From Hyphomonadaceae bacterium (GTDB lineage Bacteria; Pseudomonadota; Alphaproteobacteria; Caulobacterales; Aquidulcibacteraceae): DNA of 64,000 nt. Positions 18,019 through 27,654 of the stretch are shown here, in pieces (positions within the stretch are counted from its first letter, which is position 1; every line of letters begins with the position of its first letter). The translations under genes and the position numbers were made by a program. The notes under the pieces are model-generated. The model did no database searches and was not told the DNA's origin. It saw nothing but the letters and a program-made list of their open reading frames with translations. Where the stretch lies: the NCBI GenBank assembly GCA_021299265.1, contig JAJTGP010000059.1, positions 28,450 through 92,449 on the forward strand, written 5' to 3'.

Positions 18019-18624
18019 ATGAGCCGGCGTCGCGATTTGATGCCGGATGAAGCAAAGCTTTGGCATCGGGTCGCCCGAACTGTGCGACCTTATGGTCAGC
18101 AAAGGCCCAAGTTAGCGGCCGACGATCCGGAGCAGGTGGCTGTATCTGTTCCCGAAGTGGTTAGAAAGCCTGCGCCTGAATTGCCTCATCTGGCGCTTAA
18201 ACGCGCCAAGGCGGCGCGACATGTTCCTGCGTCTCCCGTCCTAAGGCCAGAAGCTAAACCCGAGTCATTGGTTTCCGACGCGTCTGGGCACAAAAAGGTA
18301 CGGCGCGGCAAGTTGGACATCGATGGCACGATTGATCTTCACGGCTATCGGCAAATGGATGCCCAAACCGCACTTGCCGGCTTTTTGGTTCGGATGCGCT
18401 CCAGCGGCGCGCGCTGTGTCCTTGTTGTCACCGGTAAGGGCCGCGCGATCGAAATTGGGGAAGACTATCTAACACCACAACCCGGCGTAATTCGGCGTCG
18501 ATTGCCTGAATGGTTGAGTGGGCATGGGGTTCGTGAGCATGTATCGGGTTATGCCTCTGCCCATCCCCGACATGGTGGAAGCGGGGCCTATTATGTTTTG
18601 CTGAAAGCGCTGAAGGATACTTAA
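18019..18624 (+). CDS. Smr-domain protein
   Basis: C-terminal Smr domain IDLHGYRQMDAQTAL...VLVVTGKG. Confidence 0.8.
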   Translation: MSRRRDLMPDEAKLWHRVARTVRPYGQQRPKLAADDPEQVAVSVPEVVRKPAPELPHLALKRAKAARHVPASPVLRPEAKPESLVSDASGHKKVRRGKLDIDGTIDLHGYRQMDAQTALAGFLVRMRSSGARCVLVVTGKGRAIEIGEDYLTPQPGVIRRRLPEWLSGHGVREHVSGYASAHPRHGGSGAYYVLLKALKDT

Positions 18625-20247
18625 ATGAGCGGTCATGAGCCTGATGAGACTTGGTGGAAGACCCGCTCTGTTTATCAAATCTATCCGCGGTCCTTTCGCG
18701 ATGCCAATGGCGACGGCATGGGCGATTTGGCGGGAATTACCCAAGGCCTGAGTGCGATCAAGGCTTTGGGGGCTGGTATTGTCTGGATGTCGCCAATCTT
18801 TCGCTCACCCATGGTCGATAATGGCTATGATATGTCGGGCTACCGGGAGATTGATCCCCTCTTTGGCACAATGGCGGATTTTGAAGCCCTGCTTGCGGAA
18901 GCTAAGCGCTTGGACCTCAAAATTGTGTTGGATATTGCGCTCAATCACACCTCGATTGATCATCCTTGGTTTCAAGCGGCTTTAGCTGATCCGTCTGGGC
19001 CTTACCGCGACTATTACATCTGGCGGGATGAACCCAATAATTGGCAATCCATCTTCGGAGGCCCCGCATGGTCGAAGGCCGATGGCGATGACGCTTTTTA
19101 TCTCCATCTGTTTGATAAGACGCAGGCGGATCTAAATTGGGAAAACCCCGAAGTTCGCGAAGAAATTTATGGGGCGATGCGGTTTTGGTTGGACAAGGGC
19201 GTTAGTGGCTTCCGCCTCGACGTCGTGACGGTCATCTCAAAACCTCCGGGCCTACCCGACGCGCCAGACCCCAGACCCATGCCGCTGTACGATATGCTGG
19301 CGGGCGGGCCGCGCTTGCATGAATGGTTGCGCGATATGCGACGCGAGGTGTTTGACCCCTACGATTGCGTGGCGATTGGGGAGGGGCCCGGCCTCAATCC
19401 AGAGCGGGCCGCAGCCGTCGTGAACCCGGCCGACCCGATGCTGCACCTGATCTATCACTTTGATTTTGTGGATCACACAGGGGCGCGTCATGGCAAGGAT
19501 TGGGACCGGGTTTGGTTCAAAAGTGTCTTTGATCGGTGGGATAAGGGCATTGGTCCAAACGGCTGGAACTCTTGCGTTGTGGGCAATCATGACCTTCGCC
19601 GCTTAATTGCGCGGTTTGGCGACCCAAAAGCTGACCCTGATCTGGTCGCCAAGGCTTTAGCCGCGACTTATGTGCTGCAACGCGCCACCCCCTTTATCTA
19701 TCAAGGCGATGAATTGGGCTTGGGCGATACCACGATCACAAGCGTCCACGAATTGGATGATGTTTGGGCCAAAACAACCTATCGCCTCGCGCTGTCCAAG
19801 GGCAACAGCGAAGCCGAAGCCCTAGCCAAAGCCGTCGCCATGACCCGTGATCACGCCCGAACACCCTATCCTTGGACTCCCGAAGGTGGGTTTGGAACGG
19901 GAACCCCTTGGCTGAAACCAACCCCAAATCGCGGTGGGGTGGACTTGGCCAGCCAGCAGGCAGATGAACACTCTGTTTGGGCCTTTTATCGCGCTTTGTT
20001 AGAGCTTCGGGCCAAAGACACCGAGACATGGGTCTTTGGGGCCTATGAGGACCTACTTCCCGAGCATGAGAGCTTGTTTGCCTATCGGCGCGGCGCGTAC
20101 GGTCTGGTTTGCGTAAACTTGGGCGGCCAAACTTGCGCGTTACCAGAGACCATCACTGCCCTTTTAGCGGAGCGCACCTGTATCCTCACCTCTGGGGACG
20201 TCACTCCAACCCATATGGGTCCGTGGTCGACGCAGGTCTGCGCCTAA
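18625..20247 (+). CDS. GH13 alpha-glucosidase / oligo-1,6-glucosidase family
   Basis: WWKTRSVYQIYPRSFRD, DIALNHTS, catalytic region GFRLDV, and GNHD. Confidence 0.9.
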   Translation: MSGHEPDETWWKTRSVYQIYPRSFRDANGDGMGDLAGITQGLSAIKALGAGIVWMSPIFRSPMVDNGYDMSGYREIDPLFGTMADFEALLAEAKRLDLKIVLDIALNHTSIDHPWFQAALADPSGPYRDYYIWRDEPNNWQSIFGGPAWSKADGDDAFYLHLFDKTQADLNWENPEVREEIYGAMRFWLDKGVSGFRLDVVTVISKPPGLPDAPDPRPMPLYDMLAGGPRLHEWLRDMRREVFDPYDCVAIGEGPGLNPERAAAVVNPADPMLHLIYHFDFVDHTGARHGKDWDRVWFKSVFDRWDKGIGPNGWNSCVVGNHDLRRLIARFGDPKADPDLVAKALAATYVLQRATPFIYQGDELGLGDTTITSVHELDDVWAKTTYRLALSKGNSEAEALAKAVAMTRDHARTPYPWTPEGGFGTGTPWLKPTPNRGGVDLASQQADEHSVWAFYRALLELRAKDTETWVFGAYEDLLPEHESLFAYRRGAYGLVCVNLGGQTCALPETITALLAERTCILTSGDVTPTHMGPWSTQVCA

Positions 20248-21116
20248 GGCTTCACCCCGTTGGCGGCAAACCAAGTCAGCAGTTCGTCCCAGCCTTGTTT
20301 GGCGGCGGTTTCCTGATATTGCGGCCGATAATCTGCGTGGAAGCCATGTTGGGTGCCGGGGTAGACGATAAAGCGGCTCTTCTGATTGCCGGCCTTTTCC
20401 AATGCAGCCTTCATCGCTGCAACGCTAGCCAATGGGATCCCGCCATCATTTTCGGCATATAGGCCTAGCACGGGGCTTTTGAGTTCACCCGCTACATCCA
20501 TCGGCCATTTGCGTTGGTCGGTTGAGCCATCGCGCGGGGTTAGCCGGCCATACCAAGCCACACCTGCTTTGATCCGGGGCGTCAACGCACTGGCCATCCA
20601 CACAACGGCTCCACCCCAGCAAAAGCCGGTGATGCCGATGGCGTCCTTTTTGACGAATTTCTGCTGGTCCAGCCAAGCAATCGTTGCGGTGATATCGCCC
20701 ATAACTTGCGCATTATTGGCGGAATTCACGATGGGCATGATCTTGGCGAAGTCGGTGAGAGGTGCGGGATCACCTGCACGTGCGAAGAAGGATGGCGCGA
20801 TTGCGACATAGCCCAAGCGCGCAAATCGGCGGCACACATCTCGGATATATTCGTGCAGACCAAAAATCTCGCTGACCACGATGACCACGGGCTTACGCCC
20901 TTTTGCCTGCGGCCGTGCGACAAAGGCGGGGAGGTCAAAGCCCTGCGAAGGAAAAGTGATCATCTCCGAAACTAAGCCATCTGATGGCGTCGTGATGGCC
21001 GCTGCATGGACAGGGCGAATGGCTGCGGCAAAGCCCGCAAAGCCCAAGGCACCCGTTAGGCCGCGTCGAGACAGAGTTAGTGTGGCGTCAGGGCCTTCAG
21101 GTCGGGTCAAATTCAT
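20244..21116 (-). CDS. Dienelactone hydrolase family protein with Tat-type signal
   Basis: SRRGLTGALGFAGFAAA twin-arginine leader, nucleophile motif GFCWGG, C-terminal GTQHGF. Confidence 0.8.
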   Translation of the reverse strand: MNLTRPEGPDATLTLSRRGLTGALGFAGFAAAIRPVHAAAITTPSDGLVSEMITFPSQGFDLPAFVARPQAKGRKPVVIVVSEIFGLHEYIRDVCRRFARLGYVAIAPSFFARAGDPAPLTDFAKIMPIVNSANNAQVMGDITATIAWLDQQKFVKKDAIGITGFCWGGAVVWMASALTPRIKAGVAWYGRLTPRDGSTDQRKWPMDVAGELKSPVLGLYAENDGGIPLASVAAMKAALEKAGNQKSRFIVYPGTQHGFHADYRPQYQETAAKQGWDELLTWFAANGVKP

Positions 21117-21302
21117 GGCGCGATACTCCTTCGTCTTTGGGTTTCACCTTTGCCTAGGTGCGTCAAGTGCATTGCACGCTCTTTCATAATCCATCAGGCT
21201 TTACCACTTAGAGCAGACGATAACAGCGCTGTGGCTGCCGCTAGGTTGACCAAATCAACAAAAGCGTGTCGGAAAGAGCGAGTGAACGAGGAGCCTAGAA
21301 GC

Positions 21303-21893
21303 ATGTTTCGCATGGACGAAGAAGACGAAAGCAAAGCGGGAAATCCAGCCCCAGCCATTGTAGAAAAGGCGCTCTTCGACAGCCGCACCATTCTACTGAC
21401 CGGCGGCGTTGACGACAAACTGGCTCAGCGGGTTTGTGAACGCATGCTGGCGCTCTCCGGTGAGTCCGACAAGCCCATCCTTTTGATCATCTCTTCACCA
21501 GGTGGTCACGTGGAGAGCGGCGATATGATCCATGATATGATCAAATTTGTTTCGGCGCCTGTGAACGTCTTGGGCTCGGGCTGGGTCGCCTCTGCCGGCG
21601 CGCTGATTTATGCAGCGGCGGAGCGTGAGCGTCGCTTCTGTCTGCCCAACACCCGCTTCTTACTGCACGAACCACGCGGCGGCGTTGGTGGCATGGTGTC
21701 GGACATTGAGATTCAGGCCCGTGAAATCATTCGCATGCGCGAACGCTTAAACGCCATCTTTGCTGATGCAACTGGCCAGCCCATCGAGAAGATCAAGGCT
21801 GATACCGATCGCGACTATTGGATGAGTGCCGAAGAAGCCGTAGCCTATGGCCTCGTGGGCAAGATTGTCACCAAGCGCACCGATATTGCCTAA
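21303..21893 (+). CDS. ClpP-family serine protease subunit (divergent paralog)
   Basis: ISSPGGHV, GWVASAGA (Ser), RFCLPNTRFLLHEP (His) and DTDRDYWMS (Asp). ATG at 21303 follows an AGGAG site. The N-terminus is unlike canonical ClpP. Confidence 0.85.
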   Translation: MFRMDEEDESKAGNPAPAIVEKALFDSRTILLTGGVDDKLAQRVCERMLALSGESDKPILLIISSPGGHVESGDMIHDMIKFVSAPVNVLGSGWVASAGALIYAAAERERRFCLPNTRFLLHEPRGGVGGMVSDIEIQAREIIRMRERLNAIFADATGQPIEKIKADTDRDYWMSAEEAVAYGLVGKIVTKRTDIA

Positions 21894-22479
21894 GTCGTTC
21901 GTATTGGTCGGTGCAATCGCCGGTGCCTTTGGGGTGCGCGGCGAGGTCCGCCTGCGCAGCTTTACGGCCGACCCAGAAGCCATCGTGGATTATGCCCCTT
22001 TTTGTAATGAAGAGGGGCAAATCATTTTGTCGGTCCAATCGTGGCGTCCGATCAAAGATGGCATTGTGGTGACCTCAAAGGACGTTCCGACACGCGAGGC
22101 CGCGATGGCAATGCGCAACACCAAGCTGTTTGTGCCGCGCGACCGTCTGCCCGAAGCCGAAGAAGACGAATTCTATCATGTCGATCTGATTGGGTTGCGG
22201 CTGGAAGCTTTGGACGGTGCAGACCTCGGCCGTGTTCGAGCAGTTATCCCAGGCCCACAAGATTTGCTTGAGATTGAGGCGACGCCAGGTGCCAAGGGTA
22301 GCTGGTTCCTGCCCTTTACCAAGGCATTGGTTCCGATTGTCGACTTACCGGGCAAAAAGCTTATAGGCGATGTGCCGCTTGGTTTGATCGCAATGGTTGG
22401 CGAAGTTCCAGAAGAGCCCCCGCCACCTCCTGCCCGCCCAAAATCTCCGAAAAAGCCCGCGAAAGGCCCATCTACATGA
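21886..22479 (+). CDS. rimM: 16S rRNA processing protein RimM
   Basis: [18 protein letters not shown]-terminal signature and a PRC-barrel C-terminal part (FYHVDLIGL). Start is uncertain: TTG at 21886, or ATG at 21847 overlapping the clpP-like gene. Confidence 0.85.
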   Translation: MPKSFVLVGAIAGAFGVRGEVRLRSFTADPEAIVDYAPFCNEEGQIILSVQSWRPIKDGIVVTSKDVPTREAAMAMRNTKLFVPRDRLPEAEEDEFYHVDLIGLRLEALDGADLGRVRAVIPGPQDLLEIEATPGAKGSWFLPFTKALVPIVDLPGKKLIGDVPLGLIAMVGEVPEEPPPPPARPKSPKKPAKGPST

Positions 22480-23195
22480 TCCGTCCATCTGGCCGCACCG
22501 CCGACCAATTGCGCCCTTTAAGCCTTGAGGCGGGTGTGTCCCGCTATGCGGAGGGCTCGTGCTTAGCAAAGTTTGGCAATACGCATGTGTTGGTGACGGC
22601 TTCTTTGGAAGAGAGCCTGCCCGGCTGGCTGCGCGGTCAAAAGCGCGGCTGGGTGACAGCGGAATATGGGATGTTGCCCCGAGCGACCCACACGCGCGGT
22701 CGTCGTGAAGCGGCTTCGGGCAAGCAATCGGGCCGCACGCAAGAAATCCAGCGCTTGATTGGTCGTGGTTTGCGCTCGGTCGTCGATCTGGTCGCTCTGG
22801 GTGAGCGTCAAATCACCATCGACTGCGATGTCATTCAAGCCGATGGCGGCACACGGACTGCGGCGCTGACGGGTGCTTGGGTCGCCTTAAAGCAAGCCTG
22901 CCTTTATCTGAAAGCCGAGGGTTTGATCTCAGAAGAGCCGATCCGAGCCCAAGTAGCTGCTGTTTCTTGCGGCATTTATCAGGGTGTGCCGGTTCTCGAT
23001 CTCGATTATCCCGAAGATTCGAATGCAGAGGCGGATGCCAATTTTGTATTGGCCCAAGGGCTCGGCCTTGTCGAAGTGCAAGCGACAGGCGAAGAGCGGC
23101 CGTTTACAGAGGCAGAATTGCAGGTTCTGCTCTCGCTCGCGAAGTCTGGCTGTGAGGAATTGTTTGAGGCCCAACGCAAAGCATTGGGCCTCTAA
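22476..23195 (+). CDS. rph: Ribonuclease PH
   Basis: [12 protein letters not shown] start, plus [14 protein letters not shown] and [14 protein letters not shown] motifs. ATGA overlap with rimM. Confidence 0.95.
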   Translation: MIRPSGRTADQLRPLSLEAGVSRYAEGSCLAKFGNTHVLVTASLEESLPGWLRGQKRGWVTAEYGMLPRATHTRGRREAASGKQSGRTQEIQRLIGRGLRSVVDLVALGERQITIDCDVIQADGGTRTAALTGAWVALKQACLYLKAEGLISEEPIRAQVAAVSCGIYQGVPVLDLDYPEDSNAEADANFVLAQGLGLVEVQATGEERPFTEAELQVLLSLAKSGCEELFEAQRKALGL

Positions 23196-23198
23196 GCC

Positions 23199-24467
23199 TT
23201 AGCTTTGGTTTTTGATTCCAGCCTTTTGGTCGGCCAATAATTCATCATCGGTGAGATCGCCTTCCCACTTAGCAACTACGGCCGTGGCGATGGAGTTGCC
23301 GATCACGTTGGTGGCAGAGCGGCCCATGTCGAGGAAGTGGTCGACGGCTAAGATCAACAAAATACCTGCTTCTGGAATTTTGAAGAAGGAGAGCGTCGCC
23401 GCAATCACGACGAGGGACGCGCGTGGCACCCCGGCCATGCCCTTAGAAGTCACCATCAGTAATAATAACATCGTGGCGATCTGCGGTACGGTCAGGTGAA
23501 TGCCATAGGCTTGCGCGATGAACAGCGTTGCGAAGGTACAATACATCATCGAGCCGTCGAGATTGAATGAATAGCCCAGCGGCAGCACAAAACTGGCGAT
23601 GCGGCGCGAGACGCCAAACTTCTCCAATTGCTCCATCGTTTTTGGATAGGCGGCTTCCGAGGAAGCGGTGGAGAAAGCGAGCAGGGTCGGTTCACGGATG
23701 CGAGCAATCAAGTTGCCGATTGCAGGGCCGATGACGACAAAACCTGCCAGCAAAAGCAGGCCCCACAAAATCACCAGCGCCAGATAGAAGCCACCAATAA
23801 AGGATGCATAGGTACCCAGAACCGCCAAGCCCTTGGTCGCAATGACGGCAGCGACGGCGGCAAATACCGCAAATGGTGCCAGCGACATCACATAGCCGGT
23901 TAGCTTCAACATGGCGTGGGAGACCCTGTCCGCAAGGTCTGCCAATGGCTTACCCTCTTCGCCCATCGCTGTGACGGCCACACCGAAGAAGATCGAGAAC
24001 ACCACGATCTGCAGAATCTCATTGTTTGCCATGGCTTCGACGATGGACTTCGGAACCAAATGGATGATGAAATCTTTCAAGGTCAGGGCCGTGGGCTTAA
24101 TGTCACTGACAGCGTCGACCGGCGGAATTGGCAGATTAAGGCCAACACCTGGATGCAGGAGGCTGGCGATTACGGCACCGAGGGTCAAGGATACCAGCGA
24201 GGCGGCTAGGAACCACGCCATCGTCTTAATGCCGACGCGGCCTAAAGTGGTGGTGTCCCCAATATGGGCGATACCGGCGACCAAGGTCGCAAATACCAAG
24301 GGGGCGATGATCATTTTGATCAACCGCAAGAAAACATCGGTCACAATCTTGAAATTGGCCGCCCAGACCTCTTGGCCTTCCTTGGGAACGAATTGGAAAA
24401 TGGCGGCACCGACCGCAATCCCCAAAACCATAGCGGCAAGAATAAAGAGTGTGAAATGCTTGTTCAT
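23199..24467 (-). CDS. Dicarboxylate/amino acid:cation symporter (DAACS family)
   Basis: FLRLIKMIIAPLVF, SSSEAAYP and AGVPRASLV motifs. Multi-TM profile. Confidence 0.9.
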   Translation of the reverse strand: MNKHFTLFILAAMVLGIAVGAAIFQFVPKEGQEVWAANFKIVTDVFLRLIKMIIAPLVFATLVAGIAHIGDTTTLGRVGIKTMAWFLAASLVSLTLGAVIASLLHPGVGLNLPIPPVDAVSDIKPTALTLKDFIIHLVPKSIVEAMANNEILQIVVFSIFFGVAVTAMGEEGKPLADLADRVSHAMLKLTGYVMSLAPFAVFAAVAAVIATKGLAVLGTYASFIGGFYLALVILWGLLLLAGFVVIGPAIGNLIARIREPTLLAFSTASSEAAYPKTMEQLEKFGVSRRIASFVLPLGYSFNLDGSMMYCTFATLFIAQAYGIHLTVPQIATMLLLLMVTSKGMAGVPRASLVVIAATLSFFKIPEAGILLILAVDHFLDMGRSATNVIGNSIATAVVAKWEGDLTDDELLADQKAGIKNQS

Positions 24468-24779
24468 GCGGTAGCCCTGTTTCTAATCTGGACACACAGC
24501 AGGCCATGAGGTTTCAAAAACCCCTGTTGATCCGGCTCACCTGTGGTCCACCCCCGTGCGACTGAGAGACTAGACTTATGCCTCATTCAACTTGATGTGA
24601 AGCCTTAATAGCCGTCTGACGGGGGCATAGGCCGAAATTGCGTCTAACATGAGCAGGTTAAGCGCTCGCACCCCTACTAACGATCCAAATGCTTCACGAT
24701 GAATTGACCCTATGGCGATTGGCTCTGTGCCACATCGATCTTGGCCCAGACCTATTCGCACACAGCCTGTTGGACTTGC

Positions 24780-26063
24780 ATGACCTCCTTCCTTCAAAAG
24801 CCTCTGTGGCTTCGCATTCTTGTTGCTATGGTTTTGGGCGTCATCTTGGGGTTCGGCATCAGGCCCGATGGCTATCTGGACGGCCTGATTGACGGAGAGG
24901 CTTGGTCTGCGGCGCTGAAATTGACGGGCGACGCCTTCATCCGCCTGATCCGGATGCTCTCTGTACCGTTGATTTTTGTATCGGTTGCGGCCGCGGTGGT
25001 TTCGATTGGCGATTTGAGTCGACTGGGAAAGTCCGGCGCGCGGATCGCAGCCCTTTATATCCCGTCAGGTCTTTTGGCTGCGTGCTTGGGCGTTGGCCTC
25101 GCCATGTTGCTGCAGCCGGGAGCTGGAATTGATGCACCCGCTGGCCTTTCGGCACCACCGGTAAAGCCCCCACCGACAGGCGCGGATATCTTGGCAATGT
25201 TTATTCCGGCCAATCCGGTCAAGGCACTTGCTGACGGCGATATGCTGAGTGTGATCGTGTTTGCGATTCTGTTGGGCATAGGTGTTTTGGGCGCACGGGA
25301 GGCGGCAAAACCTGTCGCCGATGTTCTGGACGGTGCCGCTCACGCGCTTACCAAACTGGTCACTTATATCATGGAATTAGCACCGATTGGGGCATTCGCA
25401 TTGATGGCTTGGGCTGTCGCTTTGATGGGGGCGGACGCTTTGGTAAAGCTCGCCGCCTTAATTGGAACCGTCTATCTTGGTTGCTTCATTTATGGCTTTG
25501 TCGTCTATGGCGGCTTTATCAAATTTGTGTTGGGCCTACCTCTTTTGCCATTCTTTAAGGGGATGTCAGAGGCGATGGCTGTGGCCTATTCGACGTCGTC
25601 GTCCAACGCGACCTTGCCGGTGACCATGCGCTGCATGATTGAAAAGCTTGGGATTTCTAGGCGCATGAGCGCCTTTGTCTCATCGATGGGCGCGACGGTG
25701 AATATGGACGGCACGGCCATGTATATTTGCATCGTGACGATCTTTGGCGCGCAATTGTTTGGGATTCCGCTCGACGGCGGGCAATTGGTTGGCATTGTGA
25801 TTGCCGCCTCACTTGGTGCCATAGGCGCTGCAGGCATCCCCGGTGGGTCAATTGTCTTTATCCCGCTGGTTCTGGGAATCGCCGGAGTTCCGGTGGAAGT
25901 GATTGCCATCATTCTAGGCGCAGACCGGATCATGGACATGATGCGGACAGTTGTGAATGTACTGGGCGATAGTGCGGCCGCAGTCGCTGTCGCAAAGTGG
26001 GAAGGCGAACTGGATGTTGAGGCCTATAAGGGCAATCAAATTCGTGAAGAGCGCCCGGCTTAA
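24780..26063 (+). CDS. Dicarboxylate/amino acid:cation symporter (DAACS family), second copy
   Basis: FIRLIRMLSVPLIF, STSSSNATLP and AGIPGGS motifs. ATG at 24780 preferred over TTG at 24741. Confidence 0.85.
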   Translation: MTSFLQKPLWLRILVAMVLGVILGFGIRPDGYLDGLIDGEAWSAALKLTGDAFIRLIRMLSVPLIFVSVAAAVVSIGDLSRLGKSGARIAALYIPSGLLAACLGVGLAMLLQPGAGIDAPAGLSAPPVKPPPTGADILAMFIPANPVKALADGDMLSVIVFAILLGIGVLGAREAAKPVADVLDGAAHALTKLVTYIMELAPIGAFALMAWAVALMGADALVKLAALIGTVYLGCFIYGFVVYGGFIKFVLGLPLLPFFKGMSEAMAVAYSTSSSNATLPVTMRCMIEKLGISRRMSAFVSSMGATVNMDGTAMYICIVTIFGAQLFGIPLDGGQLVGIVIAASLGAIGAAGIPGGSIVFIPLVLGIAGVPVEVIAIILGADRIMDMMRTVVNVLGDSAAAVAVAKWEGELDVEAYKGNQIREERPA

Positions 26064-27607
26064 GCCTTGGTCAGTTTCAAGCTAGGCCAAATGATTGGGG
26101 CAATGCCGTCGATGCCGCCGGTCACCCGTTCGCTGACCAACCAAGACGACGGGAAGAACCAAACGCCGGTGACCGGACAGGCTTTCAGCAAGATGTCCTC
26201 TGCCGCCAAGGTCTTGGCCAAGCGAACAGCAGGTTCACTTTCGGCCCGCGCATCTGATAGCGCCTGATTGAAGGCTGGGTCTTTCCATTGGTGGGAATAG
26301 GCCGTCCCGCCTTCACCCCATGAGGCCATGAGGTCAATCGCGTCGGACTTCATGCCTTTATCGATGCGGACAATGGCCGCCTCAAAGTCAAAGCCATTGA
26401 GGCGCGAGACGATGGCGCTGGAATCGGCGGCAAACATCGTGGCCTCAACTCCAATCTGTTTCCACATATCCACCATTTGGATCGCGGCGCGTTCACGGTC
26501 GTCCTTGGTGACCAAGAGCTCAAAACGGAGGGGGTTGGTGGCGCTAAAGCCCTTTGCACTCAGGATCGCACGGGCACCCTCTGGGTCATATTTTGGCTGA
26601 GCCTGATCGCGAACATAGCGCCCTGCAGGCTCAACAGATCCGCGCATCACGGCATTGGCGATGACGCTCCGGTCAAAGCCCATTGCCAGAGCTCGTCGAA
26701 CATCGGCGTCTTGGAACTGCGGCTTCTTGGTGTTGAAGCTCATATAAACGAGGCGTGGGGCCGGAAAACGCTGGTACTGGGTGCCAAATTCCTTGGCGAA
26801 ATCGGCTCCGCGTAGCAAGGGCGGGTCTTGCGCCAGGTCTAGATCGCCAGATTGGAACATGCGCAAGCGGGTCGATGAATCCTCAATCGCCTCAACACTA
26901 ATCTGGCTGGGCATGCCCTCAACCCAGCCGCCCTTGGGATTTTTGTCGAACACAAGGCGCGTCTGCGATCGCTCAATCGGTTTGTATGGGCCAGAGACAA
27001 CGATCTTGTCGAGCTCTGTCCATTTCTCGCCGTGTGCCGCAATCGCATGCATCGGAACAGGATAGAATTCTTGCATACGGCTCCAGAACGCGGCGTCAGA
27101 AACGGCCAATTCGATAATGAGGCGGGTGGGGCTTGGCGCAGACACGCCAATGGTCGTGGGGTCTTTGCCGTCCACCACACAGTCGCGATAGCCCTTGATC
27201 ATATAAAGTTCTGACGCGTCGGCATAAGCGGTCTTTTTGTCGGCACCCAAGCGTAAGCTGTCTAGAACGTCTTTGGAATCAATGGCCTTTCCATCTGACC
27301 ACGTGAGGCCTTGCGCAATTTCAAAGGTCCAAGTTTTATTATTATTGCTGGGCGTCCAGGACGTTGCAAAGCCCGGTGCCGGGCCACCTTTGGGCCCGTA
27401 ACCAACGACGGGCAGATAGAATTGCCGGAATAATAGGGCGGCAGCGGCAAATTCGGCCTTTAAAGGGTCTAAAGAATCGGGTCCACCGCCGAGACCCACG
27501 CGCAAGATGTCTGCGGGGGCCGCGGCCTTACCACAGGCGGATAAGGTCGATAATGCAGGGACGACGGCGAAGCTGGAAAGCAGGGTGCGGCGATTGATTT
27601 GGCTCAT
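26060..27607 (-). CDS. ABC transporter substrate-binding lipoprotein, family 5 (peptide/nickel type), orphan
   Basis: Lipobox LSTLSAC. 515 aa with the overall pattern of the OppA/DppA family. No permease or ATPase genes are adjacent. Confidence 0.8.
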   Translation of the reverse strand: MSQINRRTLLSSFAVVPALSTLSACGKAAAPADILRVGLGGGPDSLDPLKAEFAAAALLFRQFYLPVVGYGPKGGPAPGFATSWTPSNNNKTWTFEIAQGLTWSDGKAIDSKDVLDSLRLGADKKTAYADASELYMIKGYRDCVVDGKDPTTIGVSAPSPTRLIIELAVSDAAFWSRMQEFYPVPMHAIAAHGEKWTELDKIVVSGPYKPIERSQTRLVFDKNPKGGWVEGMPSQISVEAIEDSSTRLRMFQSGDLDLAQDPPLLRGADFAKEFGTQYQRFPAPRLVYMSFNTKKPQFQDADVRRALAMGFDRSVIANAVMRGSVEPAGRYVRDQAQPKYDPEGARAILSAKGFSATNPLRFELLVTKDDRERAAIQMVDMWKQIGVEATMFAADSSAIVSRLNGFDFEAAIVRIDKGMKSDAIDLMASWGEGGTAYSHQWKDPAFNQALSDARAESEPAVRLAKTLAAEDILLKACPVTGVWFFPSSWLVSERVTGGIDGIAPIIWPSLKLTKA

Positions 27608-27654
27608 TTCCTGACAATGCCGCCCAATCAGCCGACGTCAAGTGCACAAGCGCG

